Of a stretch of DNA of 64,000 bases, positions 52,760 to 64,000 are shown piece by piece. The DNA is from Camelus dromedarius (taxonomy: Eukaryota). The stretch is taken from NCBI RefSeq assembly GCF_036321535.1, contig NC_087437.1, forward strand, positions 101,434,001 to 101,498,000, given 5' to 3'. Numbering within the stretch: the first letter of the stretch is position 1; each line of letters begins with the position of its first letter. The notes below the pieces were generated by a model. It worked only from the letters and a program-made list of their open reading frames with translations, did no database searches and had not been told where the DNA came from. Position numbers and translations under genes: made by a program.

Positions 52760-53165
52760 TGTTAGGTAGTTAGATAAGTGGGGGCACTGGGCAGATAGGT
52801 GGAGGAGAAGGGGGATGGTCCAGAAAATGGCATTACGCCTGCTTGCAGCATAAAGGGATTTTACTTCTTCTAAATGAGTGCCAGCAAAAACTGGTTAGAA
52901 CCTGACAGCCGCAACTGCGTGGTAGTGACGAGAACCTAACCAGACATGGCCCAGTGACCATTGTAATATAATCAGCATTGCAGTTTAGGCTCCCCCATGA
53001 GTTTTTCTGTGTGCATCACGGATGAGGACATGTGCAAAAGGTAATGAGCATGACTAAGCATTCTAAGGGTAAGACGATCAATCAATCAAGAGACCACTTC
53101 TAAGTGAGTGTATAAAAGAAAGGGACAAAGACTTGCTATCCACCCTTGGATCAGCCCATTTCTAA
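52760..53165 (+). mobile_element. ERV1-like LTR, apparently 3'-truncated soon after the TATA box
   Basis: Starts 'tgttaggtagttagata'; GC- and CpG-richer than its flanks; 'gtataaaag' at ~53110; no downstream AATAAA or U5. Confidence 0.6.
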
Positions 53166-54039
53166 AACAGACTTTTTCCTAATGTTTGCTCGTAAATTAG
53201 TTTGTATTCAGAAAAAAGATGTTCTATGATTAAGAAGATAGTTTTGGGAAAGTTTATGAATATTTTGTATAACCTATTGGAAGATTCATATATGTATGTG
53301 TGTATATATATGGGTATTAAATGATTTGATATATTCAATTTATATATATAAATGTATGTTCTTTCCTCTTTTCCTCTCATCATGATGGTGAAGGCATCCA
53401 ATTTCTTATTTCAGGCTAGTCTCTCTCCTCATGTCCATCCCCTTTCTCAGAATCTTCAAATTCTTCTATCACCTGGCTATTACTCACCAGGCTGAAGATC
53501 AAAGAGCTAACAAGTGAATGTGGATCAATGGAAATCTGCCATCCAGTCCAGAAAACCAATTATAGTTCAGCAATGTAAAATTGTTGTACCATAGAGATGG
53601 TATATGTTTGGTTTGAGGATATTTTTAAGAAAATAGATCATTTCAAACAATTGATGCATTTAACATCATTTTCAACACTCTCCACTTTCACTTTAGATTA
53701 AATTTAAGAATTTGCAATAATGTTGAAAAATAATTTCTATGTAACACTTAATTGTATTTTTTCTTCACTATTTTTATTATTTCTACATAACAGTTGTGGT
53801 TCTGACAGGTGTCTGGAGAAGGTGATAAGTATTGTTAAAGATCCAGTGAATTCATGCTCAGATTTTGTTTTCTCTAATAACGGTGCTGAAAGACACTGCA
53901 AAGAACGGGTAGAAAATATGTCACAAAAGAATGAGAGATTATAAAAGTAAAGGCAAAAAGGTTGATAGAATATATAAAGAAGAGAAATTCTCTTTATTTT
54001 CAACCTACTACAGTCTCTAATAAAACAATATATAATACA

Positions 54040-54142
54040 AAGTGCTTAGTATTTGCCAACTAAACTGCCAAGAGTTTACATGCACTGCCTCCTTCAAGTC
54101 TCTCAACAGCACTTTGAGGCAGTAACTATTATTATCACTATT
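54040..54142 (-). mobile_element. MIR fragment
   Basis: 'tctctcaacagcactttgaggcagtaactattattatc'. Confidence 0.55.
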
Positions 54143-56971
54143 CACTCTTTAATAACTGGTTATGGCCTCTCTCCACAGCTGAAATATTAGATGAGAATAT
54201 AAAAAATATTAACAGCTGTACTATTTGTAAGCTTGTAAATGATCCTGATCCATTATTTTGGATTAAATCTTAAGGCACTGAGACATCACACAATCCTTTT
54301 TTCATTCTCTACATCACTGTTTTCTCTCTGGATTCGGTAAACGTACAGACATTCAGGGTGCAATTTCTTTGAATAATTAAAGAGGAGTTGGCGCCACCTC
54401 TGACAGAATGCTATGCCCTCCAAAAGCAGCATTTCATCTTGTCCCTGCTTTCCTTGTCATGAGGTCAAAGGCTTGCTCTTCAGGGCACTAAGTGCACTCT
54501 AACGGCCTTACAGGTAAACATCCTTTACAAGGGAAACCTCGAGGTAGACCATAACTTTTCTACCTTGTTGAACTTATCTGACAGGACAAGAAATACTGCT
54601 CCAAAGAGCTGTAGCCAGCAGCACTTAGCATTCACAGCCAGACTTCCTCTTGGCTTTCCAGAGGCAATCAGATTCCCTCAATCAGATACCGTCTCTTTCT
54701 CAGGTCTCTTTTGTTCCGAACTGTATGAATACAGCAAAATGGATGTTTTATAAACAGGCACATACAATGATAAGAAATAGATTTCTACTGACATTAGGAA
54801 CTACTGCATAATAAATAATAGAAACCAAAATGATACTTTAGCTGATCTTAAAGACAGCATAAGCTTACACAAAAGAAACTAAAAACAGTGAGACTGGCTT
54901 TTCCTTTTCATCAGGGTTTTAAATATTTTTTTAAAGTATTCATTTTAATTATTAAATTTTAATGATTTTAAATTATTTTTAATTTGGGCAGTCACTATTC
55001 CTTTAAATTTCATTCTATCAAAGTGTAATTTTCAGAATTTAAAAACATGATCCTTATTTTAAAATAGAATAAATACATGTCAAAATTTTTATTCAATTTT
55101 TTAACTAATGAGGGAACAAGTAACATGGGAAGGCTGATTCCAAGAACATCTGAGGACTAAGTGTTTACATAGTCTATTAGGAAAAGGCATTCAAGTTCAC
55201 TAGTTTAACTGTAACACTGGTTTAGCTCCTTGAGGACAGTGACACTATAATCTTGGGTGATACCTTTTCCGCTGGACAGATACCTACAAGTAAGCATGTA
55301 ACTTTCCAGTGTCTGGCACTAACCAATTAGCATATAAAGTCAAAACAAAGACCCATTCTTCTAGAAAATAAAATAATCCTCAAGTGGGCCCATTAATAGC
55401 ACAATATGACACTGAAAGCACACACAGATACACTTTCACTTTATTTCCTACGGTTAGAACATGTTTTCTCTTAAAGGTCCTTTTACTGGCAGGTGATCAT
55501 CTGAATATCTCTCAAAAATCCGACTGTGCTTTAATGATGGAAATTGTTAACACCATTTGAAGATGGCTTCAAAAGGGAAAGGTGATCACTCAATAAAGAC
55601 CAGTAAGTTACTATGTCTGGCAAAATATTTATAAAGGTTGTAGGCTGCACCTGCAAATTACTCTGAAATTTCTAAAACACTAAGAGTTTTTTATATTTCT
55701 GGTGATAAAATTCAAATCTCAAAAGAAAAAAAAAACTCTCAATTGTAAGAATATCTTGTACAAATCTTGAACATGTCCTAATATAGCAGAAAAAGGGAAA
55801 AATGCTTTGAGAGTTAGAACTGATTAGCCAGGTTAGTAAATTATGAAAAATGGAAGAACTTATAATTTAAATTTCATGTATTAAACTTGAACAATATTTT
55901 AATGAATAAACTGTTTTCTAAAGAGATGAAAAGTTGGGTTTTTTTGTACATTATATAGTTCTGTCTTTATGCTTTTATAACAAATGACTTTTCCTTTTGA
56001 TATGTATTTCATATGTATAAAATTTCATTAAAACATGTACAGGTAATAAAATCATGGCAATTGGTTTTATTCTGCACCTCTGGAAATTAATATCCTAATT
56101 AATCTAACAATCTAAAATGCAAATTATGATGACAATGAATTTGTAATAATGCTACCACGCTTATTTACATAGTAGAAAGGTATTTTCTAAGTTTGGAGTC
56201 GTATATAAGCACATTTTATTATTAACTTATTAAAATTATTTACCCAGAGGAAAATATTTTTGATAAAGTTTGTTTTCTAGTTTTATTTCAAACATTGTCA
56301 TAAGCCATGGTTACTTTCAGAATATTATTTTATTTTGAAAATCCATCTCTAATACCTTTATTTAAATGTGTATATGCATCTAGCATTTGATAATTCTAGA
56401 ACAAGCAACAGAAAGTAAGGTTGAAAACTGTTACATTAATGAATAAATTGATGGTATAGAATTTCTTTTTCATTATTTCACTTAAAAAATGTTTGCTTTC
56501 GTGTATTATCAAATAGGGAACAAAAAAAACCAGTAATTGACTTAAGGCATTTCACACGAAGGGAAGTTTTAGAATGAATCCTGGTTTTACTTTCCTCAAA
56601 CTGGTTTAGCAGGATTGAACAAATGCCACATTTAAGTCATCAACATACACTGAACTATGCTTTCTTTTTTGACTGTTTTTAGGAATTAATCTCTCTAGAA
56701 TTAACTGAAGTTACTAGACTACAGTTTAATAAACATTACTCACAACTTGTTTAATTGTTTAACTGGGCAAAACTCATTTCAGTTTAGAAAGTCAAATCAA
56801 TACCACTTTGACTTTTAAGAAATTAGTTAGTTCAGAGGTCAAGATTTTTGGAGTATGTAAGTACATGCTATAGAGAAATCCATCGTTTCTTCCCTGTGCT
56901 TTCCTTGATTTCCTTAGACATAGGGAAAATTATCAAATATTTTGTGATCAGTTGTTCACTTTTTTATATAA

Positions 56972-57005
56972 GAATTACATGTTAAAATGAATTACATGTT
57001 AAAAT
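56972..57005. repeat. 17-bp tandem duplication (gaattacatgttaaaat x2)
   Basis: Read directly from the sequence. Confidence 0.9.
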
Positions 57006-57074
57006 TAATTACACATTAAGAGTTATTGTTTTGAGCTACTTTCTCAATAATAACAAAATCCATAAAATAGCAAT

Positions 57075-57310
57075 CATAATAATAACAGCCATACGAGCAC
57101 ATATTCTATGCCAGAGATCAAGCTGGATGTGTTGCACAGATTGTTCTATGCTTCACAACAATCTCTTAAAGTAGGTATTGGCATCAGCATTTTCAAGGAA
57201 GGAATGAAAATTTAAGGAGTTTAAGTCATTTACTAAAATATTCAGCTAGTGAACAGTTCATCCAGAAAGAAAACCTAATTTTCTCCAACTCTGAAACCTA
57301 TATTCTTTTT
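57075..57310 (-). mobile_element. MIR SINE
   Basis: 'cttcacaacaatctcttaaagtaggtatt', 'ttaagtcatttactaaaatattcagctagt'. Confidence 0.6.
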
Positions 57311-59008
57311 ACTTAATCATAAATACAACTAAAAATAAACATTCTATACTCACAATGAAAACTGCATTTCCTATTACAACAGTCTATGCTATGTCTCGGT
57401 ACTCTGACATCTTAGACAGCCAATTCATTCTTTTATAAGGGATGTTTCTATTTGTGCTTGTAGTAAAGGCAAACCAAATCTCTTGTTATTTGCTAGAGTT
57501 AGGGATTTTCAAAAGTAGTGCTCAATCAAAGTTTATATCACGCTCCGGGATCCTTCTCTTTTGCATACTACTTAACTCAATAACCATAAGCATAAGATGT
57601 TGGGATTTTTGGTAGAGTCATCTCTGTTTCAATCATTTACATGAGTTTTGAGTGACCTTTCATTTTTTTCTTTCTAAAAGTAGCCTCAGAAGAAAAGTTT
57701 TCCTATTCAGTAAGAAAATCTATGGAAATAATAAAAACTAACTTGACTTGTCTTCTTTAGCATTTGACCTTCCCAAATTTTATTTCAGGTATGCAAAATA
57801 AGAGCCTATGATGCTTCCTTCTTTTTATTCAGAACATAACCAAGAACATAAATCAAAGAGACTTTTCAATAAACTAGTATGCAGGGGAGAGAGAGAATTT
57901 CCACATTCAAAAGAAGGTACATATATGCATCAATAAGTTGTGTTGTTTATACATTTCCAATATTAACAACTTCTACTAAGGGGTGAGTTGCTCCAAAGAT
58001 AAAGGAATTAGCTGAAGGCTCCTTGTCAAAATGTGGCTGACTTAGTGTTTTGAATCATGATTTACACTGGAGATGTAAGGTGACCCTGCAGTATATATTT
58101 CATGGTCTAATTACTCCTGCCTCTACCTTGTCAGTTAATATGCTTGTGGAACTTAAAAGGGTCTGTTTCAAAATATACCTATAACAGAGCCTGAACTGAT
58201 AGAAATGAGATTTGTAATATAACTTTGAAAAGTTTGACAGTAAAATGAATGGGACATCTTTCTGAAAAAAGAGAACTAAACTAGATGTGAATTCAAAAGA
58301 AATGGAGAAGAAAAATATGTAAGGGAAAATTGATTGAAATTTGAATCCACAGTGCCTAGTAGAATGACTGGTACACATGGGACTTTCAGGAATGAAGGAG
58401 TAATAAAAAAAAATCAACACGATAGTTAATAAGACAGATCTGTTCTTGGAGGGAAAGTTATCAATGCAGTAAGAAGGATAAGCATGCAAACAATTACTTA
58501 GCTCCAGGTTTCTTCTTGGAGATTCCCTCTCCACCTGTCAATTTTTCACTCCTTTTAAAGACATTTTTGACAACAGGTACAGTATTGGCTGAGTAAAGAC
58601 ATAAAAGTTTAAAACACCAAAGCTCGTTTACTTTATGATCAGAAATAAAGTATAGGCTGGCTTGTAACTGGCTTTCTCCAATGGGGTGCGTCAGAGGTGG
58701 TGGAGGATCAGCTGAAAGACTTCAAGAGGCCTTTTGCACTTCTCCTTTCTCTTGCTTCTTTGTGATCTACTGAAAACTTACCTATGTTGGCCTATTGAAG
58801 AGATGTGAGAGACCGCATGGGGAAGAGCTGGGCCGTCCAGGAGCAGCTGACAGCCAGCCCACCCCAAACGTGTGAGGGAGCCCGGCCACAATCAGCAGAG
58901 ACACCTTCCTTGCCCACAGGTAATCACAGCTGTGAGGCTGAGTCAGCCAGGACCTGAAGAACCCATCAACTGAGCTATAAACTTGGGAACGATAAAAATA
59001 CTATTGTT

Positions 59009-59658
59009 TCTCTTATCTGGGGTTTCCAGGGAGTAAAACATGGATTTCCTATCATCTGACTATCAGGGAAAGGCTGGCAGGAAAAGAAGAGTGTAGGAAG
59101 CAGGCTAGAGCTAAAAGGAAGCAGGGATGGCTGAATGGGTACAAGGTTTCCTTCTGGGATGATGAAGAAGTTTTGGGGCTAGATAGAGGTGATGGTTACA
59201 CATTGTGTGGGTACTAAATCCACTGAATTGTTCACTTTAAAATGGTTAACTTTATGTTATGTGAATTTTTTTTTGATATGTGAATTTTAAAAATTCAATT
59301 TTAAAAAAATCCCAGGAAGGGAAAAAAAAAAAAGCTGGAGACTATCTTCACTCTGATCCAAAAGGGAAGCCTAAAGCACATACTTGGGCAGCATGGAGTT
59401 AAGCTGCACTGAGGAAAGGAGGATCATTTCCTGCCCCAGTGTAAGCCCATCATTGGTAGAGGCCTTTCCTCCATGGGAGGCAGAACTGGGAGACAGAGGT
59501 GGGGAGTAGCCTCCAGTGCTAAAAGGCTCCCATTTGGCCCAGGGATGTTCACCATAGAGGGGGGCAACTATGCATGTCAGGCAAAACACAGACGCTGGGG
59601 TCTGAGCACACCTGCCATGGAAGGGACTTGTTCCGGGGCACCAGCAGCATCTGCTACA
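59009..59658 (-). mobile_element. LTR16/LTR33-type ERVL solo LTR
   Basis: Minus-strand start 'tgtagcagatgctgctggtgcccc'; flanks ttgtt (59004-59008) / ttgtg (59659-59663). Confidence 0.65.
59130..59310 (+). mobile_element. L1MB-type extreme 3' end
   Basis: 'aatgggtacaaggtttccttctgggatgatgaagaagtt...ccactgaattgttcactttaaaatggttaactttatgttatgtgaatttt'. Confidence 0.85.
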
Positions 59659-60044
59659 TTGTGTTAAGCAACCAAGTTAAGCAGGGGTAATGAATACAGT
59701 AACCATAATGCTTGAATCATGTTCTAGGCATTGCTAAAGCTAATATGTATGTGTTCAACTATTTCATGCTCACTCAATATTAAGAGTAAGGAGCTTAGAT
59801 TGTTTTTACTATAGATAAGAGGAAGCCAACAGAAATTTGGTTTTGTTTTTTGGCAGAGGAATCATATGATCAAATTATTCTCTGGAAGGAAATTGTTAGT
59901 GACATTTGATAGATAAACTGCAGTGGGAAGATTCAGGTAACAGAGAGACAGGAGGAGGCGGTAGTGATTTCCTGATTAAAGACGCAGAGACCCTGAACTA
60001 ATTGGCATTAAGGAGATTGCTGAGAAAAAAAAATCAACGCATGG

Positions 60045-60390
60045 TATTTTAGTCTGCTGGGGTTGCTATAACAAAATTCCACGGACTAGGTGGCTAAACA
60101 GCAGACATTTGGGAAACTGGCAAGTCCAAGATCAAGGCGCTGGCTGATTACTTTCCTGGTGGAGAGCCCTCCTCCTGTGTTGTTTTTTTCTGGTTTTGTC
60201 CTCACATGGCAGAGAGAGCAGTTTCTCTAACTCTCTCTCTCTTCTTACAAAGCCACTGATCCTATCATGAAGGTCCCACCCTCATGACCTCATCTAACCC
60301 TAATTGCCTCCTAAAGGTCTCCAATATACTTACATTGGGGGTTCGGGCTACAACACACACCTTCTTGGGGATAGCATTCAGTCCATAGTA
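60045..60390 (-). mobile_element. MaLR solo LTR (MLT1A0-like) within L2 remnants (~59860-60680)
   Basis: 'gctataacaaaattccacggactaggtggct', 'aagtccaagatcaaggcgctggc', 'cccaccctcatgacctcatctaaccctaatt'; ends 'attcagtccatagta'. Confidence 0.88.
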
Positions 60391-60799
60391 ACCTATTAGA
60401 TATGGAAGTCTGGAAAGACAAATTTATTCAGAAGAAACCAGAGCTTATCATTTTTTAATTCTTCCTATAGAGCAATGTAATAATGAATAGAAGGACTGCA
60501 GAAGGAAAAGTTAATTTGAAGGAGAATATTATGAGGACATATTTGGAATTTCTGTGTTTGAGCTTTTTACAATATCCAGGTAGCAATACACTATAGGAAT
60601 TTGAGACAAAGTTGTAAAGTTTGGATGAGATTATGGTGTTGAAGATTTTGGAGTATTTAACATTATACTTGTAAAAATGAATCTTTTCAATTTAGAATGA
60701 TCACTTTGAAAAGTTAGGTACCAAGAAGAGAGTTCTAGAAAATTTTGAAATGTTACATTACTGGAGTAAAGACAAAAATAACACTTTTTATTATGAAAT

Positions 60800-60968
60800 A
60801 CTTGCCAAATTCTATGTAAATATTTCAAGTTAACATTATTATTCATCCTCACAAAAATGTAATAGGTAAGGTCTAATATTTCCACTTGGAGGGGTCAATT
60901 TTTTTGTCCAAGTTCACAGAGTTATGGGTTGGATGAGCTGGGATTTGAACACAAGCCATCTGACTTTG
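60800..60968 (-). mobile_element. MIR SINE
   Basis: 'ttgtccaagttcacagag...gagctgggatttgaacacaagccatctgact'. Confidence 0.7.
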
Positions 60969-61494
60969 TTAGGAACATAGAAAAAAGTCTGTGATATTAA
61001 TGTAGAAAAAATTGAAAACATATTTTCTGTGTTGACAGATGTGCATTTAAAATATTTTTTATATCTGCCCACTGTCTCGTGTTATCTTATATGATAGTTT
61101 ATTGAATTACTCTATTATTCTTGGGCTTTAAGTTTTTCCCATTTTTAGAACATACCATAAACAAAGTTTGGTTAGCTTTTTGTTGGTCATTCTTTGATAA
61201 ATATCTTTTCAATTTTCTCACTTCTCTATTTCCTTAAAATATAAGCCAAAGGATAGAATTGCAGGTGCATAGGCTTACAAAGTTTTAAAAATCCTTTCCT
61301 ATGTAATGTTAAATTATACTAAAGAAATATTGTACAAATTCTCCAGTTCTTTGTACAGAATAGTGATTTCATGAAAACAATCTCATTAGGATAATGGTGC
61401 AGAACTCAGATTGAAACAGATTTAGCTGTAAATGACAGTTTGAGTCAAAATGGTGAGGCTGGCTTCCTATATTAAAGATGTTAGTGATAAGAAT

Positions 61495-61725
61495 AATGAT
61501 AGCAAATATTATTGTAGTATCAAGCATGATTCAAAGTGCTCTTGTATTGTTTTTTTTTATTTAAGCTACAAACCCTTTAAAGTAAATATTGTTATTCTCA
61601 TCATTTTATGGATGAGTTTACTGAATAACAGAGAAGATCACACAACTAGAAAATGTTGGAATCGGGGTTTAAATTCAAGAATTACTTTCTATAGGGCTCA
61701 CATGTTTAATCGCTTTCATTAACTG
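61495..61725 (-). mobile_element. MIR SINE
   Basis: 'aaccctttaaagtaaatattgttattctcatcattttatggatgagtttactga...atcacacaactagaaa'. Confidence 0.65.
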
Positions 61726-63559
61726 CATTGGGACAGAAAGAGGATAGGAAAAAAGTTCAGAAAGTTGTTTGGGGGCTCTCCGATATTCCAGAAAATTTAC
61801 TGGCTGAGATGAGCAGGAAAAAGAGCAGAGATTAATACACAGACAATAAAAGAAAATGTTTGGAGATGGTCCCTATATACACAAAAATAGTAGATTAAAA
61901 AGATAGTGAGATAGTTAGCTTCAGAGAAAATAGAAGGAAAAAATACCTGAGTAGGAAGATAGCTTTAGAATTACAGTGGAAGAGCATTAAGAGACTTACC
62001 CAAATTCATAAATAAACATCATCAGTGCTATTTCACCTTGTTACAACCTGGCAAATAGGCAACTGAGTGTTTTCTTTGTAAACTACGTTTGCAATAAATC
62101 ATTCATTAGCCAGGATGCTTTCACATTCAATACTGGCCAAGATCACTAAGATAGTTGAACTAATGCAAAATTAATGAAATATGTACAATTTAAGCAGTGA
62201 ATTAGGTAGCTATTGATTATTAAGGCATTAATTTATGAGCTTAAATTAAATAGCTCTACAGACAGCATATAACCTCTGTAAGTACTCATACACTTAACCT
62301 TACGGTTAATAAAATAAATCAGAGATTATCAAGTTAAAGAATTGTATTTCTCTCAGAGTAAATCGATTACCAAAGAATTGCATGAGGATTGCTTTTTTTT
62401 TTTTTTCAATTATCAAAAGAGAAGAAGACTCACTGGTTAATATATGTGAAAGTGTATATTTAATATCATAAACTAAAATATAAGAATCTAATCCTCTGTT
62501 GTAAATTCATTTCTAGATACAGGCTATTCCATTTCAAACTGTTTTCTTCATTTTAAACGATTACATTTATATCACTTAGAATTTAAAAGTTTAGGATGGA
62601 ATTAAAACATACTTCAATAGCTAAAGGAAAAATAAGATTACTGTGCTCTTTTTCATTTTATTTAATGATATATTTGCTCATTTCTACTTTATATAATCAG
62701 TGCATGTTTTTCATTTTTTGTTATAATCTGCAGAGAGCAACATATAGCTTTGATTTCTAAAAATTATATTAAATCTGGATATAAGCTTTCATGCTTGCTA
62801 TAAACACGGCTTAACTTGTATGCATTTGCTGTGTAGTATTAAAAGATGTTAAAAGACAAGTTTATTTGTGGGTCATCTTGTCTGTCTTTTCAATTACAAG
62901 TATTCCTGAGCATGGCTTTTCACGTAACCATGTATTTAAGAGAATTTGAATTGCCTCAGTTGTGCCATGTGTAGTTACAAGTTGTTTTTTTTTAAATTAC
63001 AGTTATATTATAATAGAGTAATTGTATAATATCAAAAGCTACAAAATATAATATGGTTGATATGTGCATATAATTTTTAAGTGGTATTTTTGCTGTGGAA
63101 ATTACTTGTCCTAGCCAAGAAATACTCAAGTTCTGCATTTTAGTTGAGAATATTGCCTGTATGTGCTTAAAAAAATAAAATAAAACCAACCAAACAAAAC
63201 ATTTGCTACCATCACAAAGGAGACAATCATTTTCTACTTGAGCTAAGATACCAGGGAACTTTTTGACATGAAAGAGTAATACCTAAATAAGCTTCCAGTT
63301 ATTAAGAGACCGACAGGGACAATGCTTTATTGACTTCAATCTATTTAAAGTGATCCCTGCATTTATCCTAAGTGAAATGAAAAATAAATCTTCATTTGAA
63401 AGCAATGATAGATCAAAAAAAAATTAAATGCTCCAAATTGATATACTATCTCTAAATATATATTTTATTTTCATTTGGGACCATTTCACTCCAGGAATTT
63501 CTGCAATGTTCTTTACTAGAGGTTTTTTTATTGCCAAAACTTCATATCCAATAGAAGTC

Positions 63560-63850
63560 ATCCTCCTGCTTCTCATTTTCCTCTAACTCATTGATCACCA
63601 AACTTGATGAAAAATCCCTTTTATTTAAGCTAATGTTACAGATCTATATCACTTTCCAGTTTTTATTTTCTTCATTTCTGTTTTCAGATCAAATTCTCAC
63701 AATACCAACAATTTTTGAATCTGTTCTATATCAGCTTGTCCATCCTAGCACCAATGATGAACTTTAGAGATCCGTATGCTTATTCTGTCTTTCCTCAGTA
63801 TCTCACAAGACTTCAAATATTCTATTTAATATATATTTATTGAATGTCTA
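63560..63850 (+). mobile_element. L2 3' end remnant
   Basis: 'atcctagcaccaa...aaatattctatttaatatatatttattgaatg' is an L2-like terminus. Confidence 0.45.
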
Positions 63851-64000
63851 GTTTTACTCTATTGCTATGCAAAACATAAAAAGGGTAGAGTTGAATCAAA
63901 TAGAACTCAGGCCCTCTTCATTAGGAACATAGGCAAAGAAATGAAGTAAAGTGCTGTGTATCAGAGGCAGACGCAAGTACAGCTACACCTGTGAGTCCAC

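Larger units (their letters stand above)
58690..59718 (+). mobile_element. MaLR LTR (MLT1G/H-like), split by an LTR16-type insertion
   Basis: 'gacagccagcccaccccaaacgtgtgagggagccc', 'gaagaacccatcaactgagc'; resumes 'ttgtgttaagcaaccaagtt' at 59659. Confidence 0.7.

Noticed and set aside
54385..54410. Full CTCF site
   Set aside because: Only the AGGTGGCGC half fits; the CCASY half does not align.
55440..55490. Minus-strand KRKHVLTVGNKVKV as a Tigger/CENP-B N-terminus
   Set aside because: Too short, stops immediately upstream, no TIRs or further transposase motifs seen.
58100..58534. 144-aa minus-strand ORF
   Set aside because: Non-ATG start, low-complexity F/S/L composition from purine-skewed, probably repeat-derived DNA; no domain recognised.
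1..64000. A novel multi-gene biological system
   Set aside because: No intact non-transposon coding sequence, CpG island or coherent exon chain could be supported; small exons of a large gene cannot be excluded by eye.

Overview
AT-rich, CpG-depleted eutherian mammal DNA (gene desert or large intron). It is probably camelid, inferred from a Vic-type tRNA-derived SINE at 17.6 kb and the 3' UTR of the youngest L1; this is recalled, not searched. I found no host protein-coding gene, RNA gene or prokaryotic-type system. Nearly all listed ORFs are chance or transposon-derived. The window is a layered fossil record of L2, CR1/L3, MIR, several ages of L1, MER20, many MaLR/ERVL LTRs, a decayed ERVL internal region and a 4.8 kb class I (gamma-like) provirus remnant (5' LTR, tRNA-Ile-like PBS, gag, pro, RT, RNase H, cut at the start of integrase). 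The most unusual structure (5824-8754) is an apparently single-integration provirus with mismatched LTRs: ERVL-type MLT2 at the 5' end, then a MaLR internal region and an MLT1 3' LTR. The switch lies at the PBS/leader, and the two flanks could both derive from one CpG-decayed 5-bp target-site duplication. Repeat family names come from remembered consensus sequences, so subfamily calls and boundaries are approximate unless a TSD is given.
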